From the NCBI RefSeq assembly GCF_016433145.1, contig NC_058132.1, positions 470,831,659-470,895,658 on the forward strand: DNA of 64,000 nt, given 5' to 3'. The position numbers and the translations under genes are program-made. Source of the stretch: Gracilinanus agilis (lineage: Eukaryota). Positions within the stretch are counted from its first letter, which is position 1. Each line of letters starts with the position of its first letter. Of the stretch, positions 11,401-25,461 are shown one piece after another. Below the pieces are notes generated by a model. That model saw only the letters and a program-made list of their open reading frames with translations. It was not told the DNA's origin and did not search any database.

Positions 11401-13899
11401 AAGGTAGAACTAAATTGATGGCATCAGATTCAAAGAGAAATGGATACTTGCAGACTATATACTGATTTAGAAAACCACAAATTATAATGAACTATATTGT
11501 ATTATAATTTTATTTATTTTGTTAAACATTTCCAAAAATTTTACTTGGTTTTGCAGGTTAGAAGAATTTAACACTTCAGAATCAAATGATTTTTAATGTT
11601 ATTTCTATATCTAAAATGACTGATTTTTTCCTCTCACAAGAGTTCTATATTCTGGTGTTCTCTGAATCGCAGATTTCATCTGAAGATATCACATATCTTG
11701 ACATCTTCACCAATACTATTTTCTCCTCTCATATCTCTTGACACACAAAACCAAGATGTTGAAGCTGTATCTTTGCCATGGTTACTTTCAGACCATTGCT
11801 AAGAAATCACCATACTCCTTTAACTTTCACTCCATCTTGTTCAGATCCTTGTTTTGGAACTCCAGGTTGCAATCTCTTTCTCAATAGTCACTGTTAAATG
11901 ATTAATAATCTTCACTACTCTCACACTGTCCTCAACAAACACTAAGGATTCCAAATTTCTCAAGCTATTTCATTTCCTTTAATCCCCTTTTCTAATCTGC
12001 TTTAATTAGGAACATAAATATACAAACATACACATAAGCAGATACAGACACACTCAGAGAATTAGGACCATATCATGGAAATCTTTAATACCCTTAATTG
12101 AAGTGTCCCCAAATCCCTGAATTCCCAGCATTGTTGAGATCTCATCACTATTGATATTTCTTCTGTTGGTCGACATTGCAGACCTTATACTCCACAAAGG
12201 ATCTACCTAACTTTTGGAGGCTTTCTTCTAATACTTTATAAGTTTTATGGATGCTTTTACTCCATACATGATTTACCTTCCTCCTTTTCCAATTGCAAAT
12301 TTCATAGAGTCCCAGAAAAAAAAGGGCCAAATCTATGTCTTCCTACTCATTCTTGATCAATTATTTAGTTTATTATAGGTATGTGCACTTCCCCCTATGT
12401 TAAAGAAAGACAGAGAGAAAGAGACAGAGACAAACACAACGGGCAGAGAAAGACAGAAACAGAAAGTATATCCCAGATTCTTATTCTGCTTTTCTGTCTG
12501 TCATGCTAATGGAAAGAGAAAAGGAAAAGAAAACATATAGTCACAAGGGCCTACAAGAGTGGAGGTCATGTCCTAGTAGAACCACTGTTTTGATAGGAAG
12601 TGGAGGAATCTGTGCAAGCTTGCCCAATATAGATTTCTTCCCACAATGTCAGAGCAGACCAGAGATTGCAGAAAAAGGGAAAAAAACACTTTTTTCTTTG
12701 TCCTGGAACTTTCAAAAGATACACAACCTAACTTTGTCAGTAATTTTATAATCGACTCCTTTGCATGTTCTGATTATCTTGCTGGGAAATTCAGTGCTTT
12801 GTACTCCAAGGTTAACAGACTGATGGTCAGCAGCTTCATTTGAAGAAGGTCTTTCCCTGCTAATGAGTAAAGCTAATGCATCTAAAGGGATCTTAATCTA
12901 CAATTGTTATAAATTTACTCCTTCAATTCAAACTGTACTTAGGACATCTTTTCCTCTAAATTTTTATTTTCCTAGCAATTAAAAATATAAATCTTCATCT
13001 GAATTAATAGGAGTGAAAGTTTTATTCACTAGTTTTAATAATGACATTAAAATGAATATGCACAGAGGAATATTCTTCTTGTGCTTATTTATTTTTCTTT
13101 TTAGTTATCTATGTATAAATCTCTTTCTCAATTTGTTATTCTCTCATTTTCTGCTAATATTTTCCCCATGTTATCATTTTATATTAATCTCTTTTATCTT
13201 TGTCTCTTCCTTTATCTATTTGTCTCCTTTTTCTTTCCTTTCCTTGCTTCCTTCCTAGTTAATTATAAAATAGAATTTTAATATTTATGTTATATTGAAA
13301 GCAGTTGAATGTTGAGTTGCCTTCTGCATTTATCTCTATTGAAACTAAATGAAATTTTTGATTGTTTGTATACAATCAGTATATTTCTCCTAAGTGGCTC
13401 AGGTTCCTCCTAAAAGGGAGAAAACACATTTTCCCATTTTAGCTTTAAGATCTTGCTTTCTGACTTTTAGAAAAGTGGGAATTAATTGGATTTATGGGTT
13501 GGGCTGGCTGGCCACTGAAGTACCAGTTCTCAAGTTCTGTGATTCCATAATCTCATTTTCACATATCTGTCCAATATGCTCTTCTCTAGAGCTCAGTGTC
13601 CAGTAATTGTATAAAGACAGAAAATGGTTTTCCATTCCAATGTAAATACCTTACAGTGAAGGGAGACTTGGGCTCATTAGACTGTGAGATCCTAGAGGAT
13701 ATTATTTTATTTCTATGAATTAGTGCCACTGTAGATAAATATTGTTGGAATTAATGATTTTGATATTCAATTTAACCCTATATCAGTAGATATTAGAGAA
13801 CAGCGAAAGGGATTCTTGTCTCTTTGCCTGAAATGATTAAAAAAAAGGGGCTTGGAAACATTAAAAGAAAGAACAGATAAAAGTTTACAGTAAGATTTA

Positions 13900-14425
13900 T
13901 TGGCATTTTAGATTATTTTATGATATTTTTGTCTTTTCCAATTATTTAAAAAAAACAATTTAGTTCTAAATTCTCTCCCATCTTCCCTTCTTTCCCTCCT
14001 TCTTGAGAAAGCAATAATTTGATATAGATTATACATGTGCAGTCATGCAAAACATATTTCCATATTCATCGTGTTATAAAAGAAAAAACATACAAAAAAT
14101 AAAGTAAAAAAAAAGTATGCTTCAATCAGAATCCTGACTCCATTACTTCTTTTTCCAGAGGTTGACAGCATCATGAATCCTTTGGAATTGTCTTGGATAA
14201 TTTTATTGCTGAGAATAAGTCATTCAAAATTGATCATTGTACTATGTTGCTGTTACTGTGTGATGAAGTCTCTTGGTTCTGCTCATCTCACTTTGCATCA
14301 GCTCTTGTAAGTCCTTCCAAGTATTTTTTTAAGCATCATGCTCATCTTTTCTGATAGCATAATAGTATTTCATCACTATCATATAGCCAAAACTTTTTCA
14401 GCCATTCCACAATTGATGGGCACCT
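13900..14425 (-). mobile_element. L1 3' end fragment
   Basis: Antisense L1 3' motifs (gcatcagctcttgtaagtccttcc, tttcagccattccacaattgatgggca) that complement the in-window L1 3' ends. Confidence 0.8.
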
Positions 14426-14428
14426 TGG

Positions 14429-14875
14429 TGTAGTTTAAGGTAAAAATATAAATTAAATAATATTAGAACACTGTTTATACCATGTGTTTCAAAGGTATTG
14501 TCCCAAATCCTACTAGTAATTGAACCCTCCATATCTATAGTGACTATAAATTTGATAAATGAATATAACTTTCAGGTCACTATAGAGCCTTAAGAGCTTT
14601 AGTGATACCTAATAGAAACTCAAGAGAGTTGTTTAGAAGATAGTGGGGCAGAGGATCTAGGTCAGTATATTACAAATAGGAATCAAGACTAAGGGAAAAC
14701 ATGCTGTTCTGAAAAGATAATATGAACAAGTGTTGAAGGCAGAATAACAAATTTAGTCAACAGTTTCCAGAGTCACAAGTTTGCATTAGTTGTCAAACAT
14801 CTATTGTTTTCAATCATTGCTGGGAAAATTTTGTTTTCATTTTATAATTGTAGAAAGAACAGGACTCTCATTACA
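14429..14875. mobile_element. Possible solo LTR
   Basis: Starts tgtagtttaag and ends ctctcattaca (same tcattaca end as the LTR at 42863-43491). It abruptly truncates the upstream L1. No clean TSD. Confidence 0.4.
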
Positions 14876-14898
14876 AAGGTAGCTTAAAAAGAAAGTTT

Positions 14899-15726
14899 TG
14901 TCCTGAGGTACCACCTCACACCTAGCAGATTGGCCAGTATGGCAGCAAAAGAAAGTGATAAATGTTGGAAGGGATGTGGCAAAATTGGGGCACTAATACA
15001 TTGCTGGTGGAATTGTGAATTAATTCCAACCATTCTGGAGGGCAATTTGGAATTGTGCCCAAAGGGCTTTAAAAGACTGCCTGCCTTTTGATTCAGCCAT
15101 ACCACTGCTAGGTTTGTACCCTAAAAAGATAGTAAGGAAAAATACTGTACAAAAATTTTTATAGCTATGCTCTTTGTGCTGGCAAAAAATTGGAAAATGA
15201 GAAGGTGTCCATCAACTGGGGAATGGCTGAACAAATTGTGGTATCCGTTGGTGATGGAATACTATTGTACTCAAAGGAATAATGAACTGGAGGAATTCCA
15301 TGTGAACTGGTAAGACCTCCAGGAACTGATGCAGAGTAAAAGGAACAGAACCAAAAGAACATTGTATACAGAGACTGATACACCATGGCACAACCAAACA
15401 TAATGGACTTCTCTCCTAGTAGCAATGCAATGACCCAGGACAATCCATAGGAACTTCAGAGAAAGAACACGATCTACATCCAGAGAAAGAACTGTGGGAA
15501 TAGAAAGGCAGAAGAACATATGACAGATCATGTGGTTCAATGGAGATATTTTTGGGGTTTTGGCATTAAATGATCTCTTTATTGCAAATATGAATAACAT
15601 GGAAATAGCATTTGAACAATGATACATATATAACCCAGTGGAATTTCTGGAAGAGGGGAGTGAAGAGGTGTGGGAAAAATCATGAATCATGTAACCATGG
15701 AAAAATATTCTAAATAAATAAAAAAT
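14899..15726 (+). mobile_element. 5'-truncated L1 (ORF2 C-terminus plus 3' UTR) with TSD
   Basis: Collinear with 40300-41120 of the full-length L1. TSD aaaaagaaagttt (14886-14898) / aaaaagagagttt (15727-15739) at a TT|AAAA endonuclease site. Confidence 0.92.
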
Positions 15727-15764
15727 AAAAAGAGAGTTTCATTTAACTGAAATGTTTATTTAAA

Positions 15765-15960
15765 CAGAGCTGGGCTGGGTTTCATGGATATCAGGTTCTA
15801 ATTTTAGAGACTGCATTCAAATCTTGCTTCAGATATTAACTATATGACTGTAGGAATTAATCCATTTTGAACCTTGGTTTTTTTCACCTAAAGAATAGGC
15901 ATAATTATCAGACCTATTTCCCAGGGTTGTTGGGAGTATAAGATGAAACAATGAATATGA
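15765..15960 (+). mobile_element. MIR
   Basis: Degenerate head and CORE, plus tail ctatttcccagggttgttgggagtataagatgaa. Confidence 0.6.
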
Positions 15961-16199
15961 TTTCTTCCCCCACTCCCAACTTAATAATGTCACAAAAAAG
16001 TGAACTATTATTGACAACTGGATCAGTGACTACTAGTGCAATTCCTCATGTGTAATACACAATAAATACTTATTAATAGATTGGTAATTATCATAATAAA
16101 ATACCTGGCACATGTACATTTTAATCTTTATAATTCATACATATATATTATAGTATGATCCTTTTGCTATAAGAAACTGTTAACTAGGAGGCCATAATA

Positions 16200-16420
16200 A
16201 TAATAATGATTGGCACTTAATATCAAAGCATTTTAAACACATTTTATTTCAGCTTTATAATAGCCCCGTTGGGTAGACTAAAATTAGGATTTATTTTAAA
16301 GAAGAAATTAAGACTCAGTGAATTTAAATTATTTGACTTTGGACCTACTAAGTGCCAGAGTATAGTTTTGAGCTCAGGTCTTTCTGACTCTCGGACCAAC
16401 AACACACTATCCATTATACC
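16200..16420 (-). mobile_element. MIR
   Basis: Antisense CORE (attttaaagaagaaattaagactcagtgaatttaaattatttgac...ctcaggtctttctgactc). Confidence 0.6.
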
Positions 16421-16939
16421 ATACTCCTTAAGAAATATTTTGCACCTATAGATATATACAAATGTAGTCTGTAAAGAGAAAAAGGTCAAAATAAAAAGTA
16501 CATCCAACAAAAGGGTTTCTTACAATACACTAATCAACACATGCAGGAGGCAGCCTTCTGTGAGTGATTCCCAGGCTGTGAGATTTTACAAACTGCCTTT
16601 TGCCTTGATAACCCCCTGATGGTAAATTCTTTTTTAATAAGATGCTGCTGTTACAAAGTTAACCCACAAGTGCAATGGGAAATGGAGGTGATTATCCATA
16701 TAATTCAGGTTTAAAATGCAACATTCAAAGTTGGGAGAGGTTTCATTTGTTTGTTCCATTGAATAAAGGCCTTAATTTTTACCTTTATGTTCACAGGGGA
16801 AATCAGGTCACTTTTATTGCATCATGGAGAGATTGTCTTCCCTAGGTCAAACTCACTATGATTAGTTCTCTTTTTATACTAGAATTTATTCCCAGGTATT
16901 TCAACCTCTCCATCCACTCCTCACGCAACGGAAAGCTTC

Positions 16940-17810
16940 TCTTGACAAGACAAAAAGATAATCTGTATATATAAATCATGTCTTTTGTGTCTCTATCAGT
17001 TCTTTTTCTGAAGATGGATATTCACAAGTCATTGTTCAAGTTTTAGTTCTGTAGATGCATAAAATATTTTCTTGGTCCTATTTGTTTCACTCTTCATTAT
17101 TTCATGTAGGTTTTTCCAAGTTAAAAAAAATCTACTCATTGTTTCTAATGGCTCAGAGTATTACAACACAATCACACACAATTTGTTCAGCTATTCTCCA
17201 ATTGATGGATGTCTCCTCAATTTTCACTTGTTTGCCACACCACAAAGAGAGTCGCTATAAATATTTTGGAATATCTAGGTTCTTTTACTTTTTCATGCTC
17301 TCCTTGGGAAACTGATCCAACAAGGGTATTGCTAGGCCTAAGGGTATACACAGTTTAAAAGCTCTCCGAGCAAAATTCCGAATTGCTCTCCAACATGGTT
17401 GGATCAGTTCACAGTTCTACCAGTGCTATATTAGTGTATGAATTTTCTTGTATTCCCTCCAACGTTTCTCATTTTGCCCTCCTATCATTTTAGCCAATCT
17501 GATTGTGTGAGATGATATCTCAGAATTGTTTTGATTTTAATTTCTCTAACCAATAGTAATTAAGGGCATTTTTTTGGTAAACTGTATATGGCTTTGATTT
17601 CTTCACTCCAAAATTGTCTGTTCAGAGGTTTTGATCATTTAGCAGTTAGGGGATGACTTTTATTTTTATAAATTTGGCAAGGTTCTCTATATATTTTAGA
17701 AACGAGTCCTCTGTCCAAGAAATTTTCTATAAAATTTCCCGTCTACCCTCACAGATTTTTGTTTTCCTTCTTGTCTTCTCTACACTAGTTTTATTCATAA
17801 TGATTAGTTC
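16940..17810 (-). mobile_element. L1 ORF2 3' / 3' UTR fragment
   Basis: Antisense motifs ttgccaccacaaagagagtcgctataaatatttt, ccaacatggttggatcagttcacagttctaccag, gtgagatgatatctcagaattg. Confidence 0.85.
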
Positions 17811-18111
17811 TTTTAAAAAATATAAATATATTATCTACACAAATATCCCCTTCTGACCAGCCACAAATCTACTACCACAATTCAGGACCTCATTATCTCT
17901 CACTGGGGCTATTACAATAGTCTCTCCATATCTACAAAAGTGATATTTCTAGAACTCAAGTTGCTCTACCACTTCCTTCCTCAAAAAGTACATATGTTTT
18001 TTTAATAACATAAAATACAATTACAAAGGAAACCAGCTATATTGAAATATCATTATCAATGATATCACAGAACCAGGGTTAAAGCTTTGTGTTAAAAGAA
18101 TGAGCATTTCA

Positions 18112-18300
18112 GGGATAGCTAGGTGGCTCAGTGAATAGAAAGCTATGCCTGGAGATAGGAGGACCTGGGTTCAAATCTAGCCTCATACAATTCCTAGCTG
18201 TGTGACCCTGGGCAAGTCACTTAATCCCCATAGGTCACCCTTACCACTCTCCTGCTTTAGAACCAATACATAATAGATTCTAAGTTGAAAATTAAGGATT
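18112..18300 (+). mobile_element. Opossum-type SINE (SINE1_MD-like)
   Basis: gggatagctaggtggctcagtg...ggttcaaatctagcctc...gctgtgtgaccctgggcaagtcactt...cccttaccactctcctgc...accaatac; same family as 31608 and 42310. Confidence 0.85.
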
Positions 18301-19489
18301 TTTTTCTTTAGAGTGAAGTTATTTAAGACAGATTTTTTTCCTTTAAATTCCCATTGATTTAGTGCTTGAGATAATTCGAGTGCTTGTCACAGCTCACTGG
18401 ATACCAAAGATCATGATATTTTATACGTAATTCAGTTCAACTATTCTATCTAAAGAATTCAGCAACAAATTTTAATGCAGGAAAGTATGGTAGAATGGAA
18501 AGACTATTGATTTTTTCATTCTGAAAACTGACTCCAGTGCTGATGATCTGTGCCATGCAGGGTAACAATCTTTTGGTAACTTGGTTGCCTCATGTGTAAA
18601 GTGGGGCCTATGATAATTACATATTTATTCTATCTACCTATTAGGAAGAATATTGTGAGAAAAAATGTTCTGTAGATGTTCAAGACATATAAACAGGAAC
18701 TATTGTTTACTGAGCTCTGTGCTAGGTGGAAAGAGACAGAAATATGCAATCTCTGCCCACATGGAATTTGTATTTTGATTTAATTTCTTTTCTCCTATGG
18801 TAATATTTTATTTTTTATTTAGTAAATCTCCTTTGACCTGTAAAGATGATACATTCAATTTTTTGTGATTTTGTGATAAGGTAGCTAATCTTTTAGCTGT
18901 TCCTTGAAGAGAACAAGGAAGATGGTAAGATCTATCTTGATTCCAGTGCTGTTCAGGAAGCTTTGTTCCAGGTCATGTGAATTTATCTCTCCCACCATGG
19001 CCCTTGAGTTCACCACTTGGGTTATCACCTACTTTCTTCTAGTGTTCAGAGAAGTGTGAGAAATCTATAAATAAGAAAAGATATCTATGAGTCAAGGCAT
19101 AACACTTTAAGATCCAATTTTCAAACTATTTTGAAGGATTAAACACAATTTTATCTTTTCTAGCTGTGTGACTTGATTTTTCAGAGCTTAATTAAATGTT
19201 TGCTAATTTCCCAGAACTAAATCTTACATATGCTAATAAAGGGAGATATTCCTTATTTTGAACTGGGTGGTTAAGGTCCCAATGATCACTGATAGATGGG
19301 TGCTAAATAGAGGGAAATTTGAAGAGCTGAGTGCCTTTTCCTACCCTCTCCACACCAAAAATGTTATATGTGTATACATTTGTGAAGCTTTTTTTGCCAT
19401 ATATTTGATAATGTTTCTATATTTGGCAAAATACTTGACAGTATTTCTATACTAGACAAAATGTTTGACATTATTTTTGACATTGAAAG

Positions 19490-19730
19490 GCAAAGTGTCA
19501 GCGTGGTTAGAAGATGGACTTTGGAGTCTTGGCAAAATTTATTCAAGTCCTGCTGCTGATAAACACTGGGTAAGTGACCTTAGGAAAGTCACTTTAAACT
19601 TTAAGTCTCCCAGAAAATTCTCTAATACTCTAAATTGCCCAATAGATGCTCACCTGCTTTGGTAAACAGATTTTCTTCAACAGGAATGTTTTATACCAAT
19701 AAAATAAGAGATCTGGACTAGGAAAAGCAA
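19490..19730 (+). mobile_element. Marsupial CORE-SINE
   Basis: Head and CORE (gtgaccttaggaaagtcactt) followed by a non-MIR tail also seen degenerately near 4640-4740 and 33730-33860. Confidence 0.55.
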
Positions 19731-22073
19731 CCAAAATTTTTTAAATGTCCCCCTCCTCTATAAGGTAAATAACTTTCTTAAAATTATACAGTTCTACACT
19801 ATAAACCAAAGATTTCACCGGTAAGATGGTAATAAATTTCATCTGAAAGCTCTCAAAAGGAAGATTCTGAAGGATAACCAGAAAACTCCTCTCTTCTATA
19901 TCAATTAAAAAGTCAGAAAGTCCAAAGAAGGATCTGAGATAGCAACCTAGAAGGGAGTATAATAGAATAGAGATGCTCAATTAGAACTCCATCATCTCTG
20001 CTCACAAATATGTTGTCACATGCTGGCATTTGACTATAGAAACATAGAGAGTAGCCTTCTGGGAAAGTGAACTGGCTCAAGCGGGAGTAAAAATAATAGC
20101 AAAGGTAGTCATGATTCTCCTTTTAAGAACCGGCTAACTATGAAGCCAATATTCTTGCTGATAACTCTAATTAAAAGTGGAATCAAGGACATATAAGTAT
20201 TGATATGCAGGTTTTTTTAAAATTAAGGATAAAAAAAAATAAAGTGCTACCAATGAACAATGCTATGGATTTATTAGCTCTATTAGCAATACGCTATTTC
20301 CTTATTAAAGGGAGTGGATTGTTTGGCTGCTGAATATTTTTCTAAGACTCTAAAGATTCAACCTATTGATATTAGAAGACCTTGATTACAAGCTTATCCA
20401 AAACTCAGATACTAGACTCTTGCTATTCCCCATGAATCTTAATTTGAATATAGTTGTACTATCGTGAGCTTTTAGATGTATATAGTCGATGAATTGAAAA
20501 ATTGAACTTTTTTCATTTGACTAAACTCTAGCAGAACTTTTAAAATACCGAGTGAGACTGAATCCCAATTATTACTACCAAGTACTCTTGTAGTAACTCA
20601 ATATGGAATAGAATAAACTTTATGGGTACATCAGGGAAGAGCATTTGCAGTTCACAAAAGTTAGATGTAAGGAAAAGCATGCACAAAAGATAAGGTATGC
20701 AACAGTAAATATTCTTTCTTTGTCTCCCATGCATGTCTAGTTCTGTCTCTCATATCAGAGAAAAGAAGTTGTGTTTCACTCCAAAAATATTTCAAAGAGG
20801 TTTTATTGTTAGAAAGAGTATCATATCAACAGTATTACTGGTGACTGGGCAAGTTTCCAAGTGACTGTTACAATTTGGGGCAGAGTGATCAAAGGATGAA
20901 AGGCCAATATGCTCATTTTGGGATATACTTCTGGTGTCTCATAAAAAATTGTACAGGCATATGAAAAATGAAAATGACTGATTGTCCCTTTCTTGAAGAG
21001 TGACACTTCATAATTTTTGGTTATAGGTGAATAAAGATATTTTATATTTTGTAATTAACTCAAATTTTAGTTTCTACCATAAAGTGTCTTTTTTAGAGTT
21101 TTTATACTAATGAGAAAAGAAAGTGCTGCCAATGGACAACACTTATGAATTTATTAGCTCTTGATGAAATCTTAAAAAGATAAATAGTATTTATTAGCAA
21201 TGTTTACCTAAAATCATCATCATTAAAATTCATTAAAAAGTCTAAATTTCATTTTGATTAGCTTTTTTCATTTTGCCACCTTTTGAGGTTAAAGGAATCA
21301 TTTTCAAATGAGTACTTCTGATTATGAAAAGTATAGAATATTTCAGACAGACCAAGATCCATTAGAAATATCTGTGAACTGGTAACCTTTAATATACTCA
21401 AGTTATTCTGGAACTATCTATCCTATATGTCCTGAGACTTCATTTGAATCTACAAAATGCTCCAGTGATGACCTTTTCATGCAAGATAAGTTAAATGTGG
21501 TGACATTATCACATTGTGTGTTTTATTATTTCTATATTCATCACTTCACTACTGAATGAAAAATGATGGCTATCTTTTTTCTTTAAACTCAATAAAATAT
21601 TATTAAGTAAGCCCTGGTAGGCATTTATTAAAACTCTACAAGGCATAGTTCTGGTACAGCTAATAGTTTGGTTATTAGTTTCCCTGGATCTAACATCATA
21701 TTTCAGAACTAACTGAATATGCCTGTTCCATAAGACTGCTTAATTTCAAAAAGGAGAAAAAAATGCCTCACATCTCCAAGAAAAGGAAGAAAGATCTTTC
21801 AGATATAAAGGGTTATTTCTAATGTATGCATGATTGGTTAAGTGTAGTCAGCTGTGAAACTCAATGAGCTGGGGCAGCTCTAAGATCAGAGACTGTTGTA
21901 GGTCATCCTTGGAGAATCATAGGGTAGTTTTTGAAAGGTCTTTGCAAATCTCAATAGAATGGAGTAAAAAGAGAACTCTTGCTTCACCATTTTTGTATGA
22001 GAAAGTCTTCCCTATTTCCTAGTTATCCTTAGAGATTAAAAAAATACTCCTTTCTCCTACACAGTCATATATA

Positions 22074-22186
22074 GCCCATTCTTGGTTCCTTTAAGTGCCA
22101 GTATTCATTGACTTCGAGGTTTATAAGATCAGCAAGCAAGAGGTAATGAAAATACCAGTGAAAGGGCAAAGGGCATAGGAGAGAGG
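22074..22186 (+). repeat. Unclassified diverged inverted repeat, left arm (pairs with 24163-24260)
   Basis: Blocks of 31/39 and 25/29 identity to the reverse complement of 24163-24260, with a ~15-nt net indel between them. Confidence 0.7.
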
Positions 22187-24162
22187 AAAAGAGAAAGAAC
22201 AGTACTATTATCTTAATAAAGTCTTGTCTTTTTCAGTCAAAATGAAATCTGGAAAATTCAGATAAGCAAAGCAATGCAGTAGATTTTAGAAAAATTCTGT
22301 GCCAACAACGACTAAATATCATTATGAATTTTCTCAGGATATGCTAAAACTAACAAGAAATTATTTTAGAATTGCTTAGGAAAAGTTGTCCTATATCTGG
22401 AATTTATGCTTAAGTAATGTATTAATGAAATCCAATGCTTTTTACTAATAATTTTAAAATTAATTTAATATTCTACTATATATTTCATAATGTGTTTATT
22501 GCAACAGGATATTTTTCATGAACTGGAAGGTCAAGGACTGCCAAATAACATTATTTTTCATCTCATAACTTAATTTTCTTTAAAAGAAAGAAAAAATTGA
22601 TAAAAATGCAATAGTTTCAAAAAAATTTTTTTTATTAAGATCCTACAGTGTTCTAAGTAACCTACTCAATTCTAGGGATAAAAAGAAAGGAAAAGATGAT
22701 GGAAATAAGTAAAGAAAGAAAGAGAAAGACTTTTATTTCAGAGTTTATAGTCTTAGAGTGGTACTTCATGTACACAAATTAGGAAATGCAAAGTATATTC
22801 AAAGTAATATTGAGAGAGAGAAAGAGACAAATAGCAAAAGAGAAAGACTGGGACAGAGACTGAGAAAGAGAGAAAGAGAGATAGAGACATTTAGAGTCTG
22901 GCAAATAAGGAAAGATCTCTTTTAGCAACTAGATCTGATCTGTACTTTTAAAGAGACTCTAGGACATTTATCAGGTAGATGAAAGTTTTAATTCCAGATA
23001 TGGAATTCTAGAATATGGAAAACAGCTTAGCTTTTGTAAAAAATGCTAATAATGCCCAATAAAACTCCTGGTGACCAAAAATAAATGAGTTTTAAAATAA
23101 CACAATTTATTTTAAATACTGAGACCTGAAGAACTGACCTTTGACATCAGTAAGAGAAAGAAGTGAGAATAAACTAGTCAAAGAGCAAAGTTGGAGATCT
23201 ATGGTTTTAGCCTGGGTTTGTATATCAGGAACGTTATATTTTTACTTTTTTTATATTGGTAATTTGACTCTTAGCTTCTTATGTGATTTGTGTACTAACT
23301 TATTCTTTCCCACAATAGAGTTTTATTACACCCAACATAAATGTCTCTTAGAGCAATGCAATTTTGAAAATACTGAGGAATTGATTTGACTTAGAAGTAT
23401 TGGAAAGTTTGTAGGTGATGTTTCCAAATTGGAATGCAGGAGACTTCTCAGAAAACATCTTTCGATCCCTTGTGGGCATTACTACTCTCTGTTATTAATT
23501 ACTGCAACAGTAAGGTTTATACTAAAAAAGACATTATCCAGTGGTGACTAACTTTACTTCAACACAGTGTATGGAATACGAATTTTGTGTCAATACTCGC
23601 TCTTTTATTTTTCTTTGTACAAGCTCCAAATTCTGCCAATCACATTGACAGGTGATAGTTTTCATTTTTGGCCTACTTATTACATTGCTTCTCAGCATCT
23701 ACTTGTGAAAATTAGCATTCTCAGAGTCCTTGGTTACTAGGTTAAGGACTGAGTCATGGAAATAGCACTTCTAGCTCAACATCCCAATTACGTCAATTTG
23801 GTCACCTGCCTGAATTGATTATTAAATTTATCAATGTTATAAAAATAACCTGTTTCCTTTTTGCTTAACTAAAGAAAAATAGCTTCATTGTAAGTATATT
23901 ATGCAGCTATTAATGTGAATCCCCTCTCCCCTCACAAAGATACCTTAAAATACTTGTAGAAGATTAATTACTTATGTTGTATATAAATGACACATAAAAG
24001 ATGTGACACACATGTAAGGTGAGGTTCCAGGTGGTGAAGATTCATTTTCTATGTGGCTCATCCTTCTGTCAAAAATCAAGGTTATATGCTGTCTTTGCAG
24101 TTTTGGTTGGTACTTTGTTGAAATGTGGGTTATTGGAATAGCAGTTTGTTACTTCCTTTATA

Positions 24163-24260
24163 CCTCTCTCCTGTGCCCTTTGGTCCTTCACTTGTATCAC
24201 TGCCATCTTTTAACCTTTGTTGTCAATGAATATAGGCATTTACAAGAATGAAGAATGGGG
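24163..24260 (-). repeat. Unclassified diverged inverted repeat, right arm
   Basis: See 22074-22186. Confidence 0.7.
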
Positions 24261-25391
24261 CGTGCAGGAAAAACACAATTTAAAAAAAATCTTTAAGATG
24301 AAATAGGAAATAGGAAATATTTTCAAAAAAATACTGAAGTGAGAATTTTTGTTTGACTTCAGTAGACATGTTACCTATCAAATGTTTATGCAAAATATTT
24401 AAATAAGTTGTAATTATCTTTATACTACATTGAGGGAAATATATCTGTAAACTTAAATTTAGACATTAATTCTAAGAACAGATAAGAAAACGTGATGGAA
24501 ATGCTGACTCTTCATATGGCCAGTCTTCTTACATACCCAATTCAATTTGTGATCTCATAAATGTGAATATATTCTTCAGTGGTGTAGATCTATCCAGACC
24601 TGCTATTTCAGTGACAAATTCAAGGAAAGAAGGAAATAGGCATTTATTAATCACCTACAGTATGTCAATAACTTTGCTAAAATCTTAACAAATATTATTT
24701 CACTCGATTTCCACAAATACTCTGGGATGTATTGTAATTATCACAATTTTACAGTTAAGGAAACTAAGAAAAAAAGATTAAATGAATTGCCCAGTGCCAC
24801 ATAGTTGCTAAGTGTCTGAGGCCAAATTTAAAATCAGTTCTTAATTCCAAGGCCATCACTCCACACAGTATGACACATAGCTGTCCCTGGGGAGAGTGTT
24901 TTCTCAATATGTTGTAGTTCTTGCCCAATTTATCTAACTTTCACAAGGATGTCAGTGGGATACAGAGCTCATCCCCAACTCTTGATGTTTACCTAGCCCA
25001 TTTTCTCTTTTAATAATATCACTTATCCTGGATAATATTTCTCTTTGATAATATCACTTATACCTTATGTTCTTTGCCATCTATTCTGTTACATGTTACA
25101 GTTTGCTCAAACCTACCATGTGTCTCTCTGATTATTCATTTCTTGAGCCTTTGTAGAGTATAGTGTTCCATGACTGACAACCATACCAGGAAATAACAAT
25201 AGTAATAAAAACTTGACAAGTATTGGAATTCTCCAAATGACAAGTTTGGAGTGAGTAAAAGGATTTGTGAATTCTCAAATTCAAACTAACTTAATTTTGT
25301 TAACTTGTTTTATTTTGGGCTTGACTCTTTGTCTATTTGTAGTGTGTATATACATATAAGTACCCGTACTATCCCCTCATAACTACCCCTT

Positions 25392-25396
<5 letters not shown>

Positions 25397-25457
<61 letters not shown>

Positions 25458-25461
25458 CACA
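25397..25461. repeat. (CA)n microsatellite
   Basis: Direct reading. Confidence 0.98.

Noticed and set aside
18897-18924. 28-nt AG/GT-bounded micro-exon (LFLEENKED)
   Set aside because: Such pairs occur by chance in 64 kb; no partner exons or homology.
19792-19820. 29-nt micro-exon with ccg|gtaaga donor
   Set aside because: Weak acceptor; cannot be linked into a coherent frame.
24980-25045. Short local duplication (tttctcttt.ataatatcacttat x2); similar ones at ~955-990 and ~28545-28600
   Set aside because: Common slippage duplications with no further structure.
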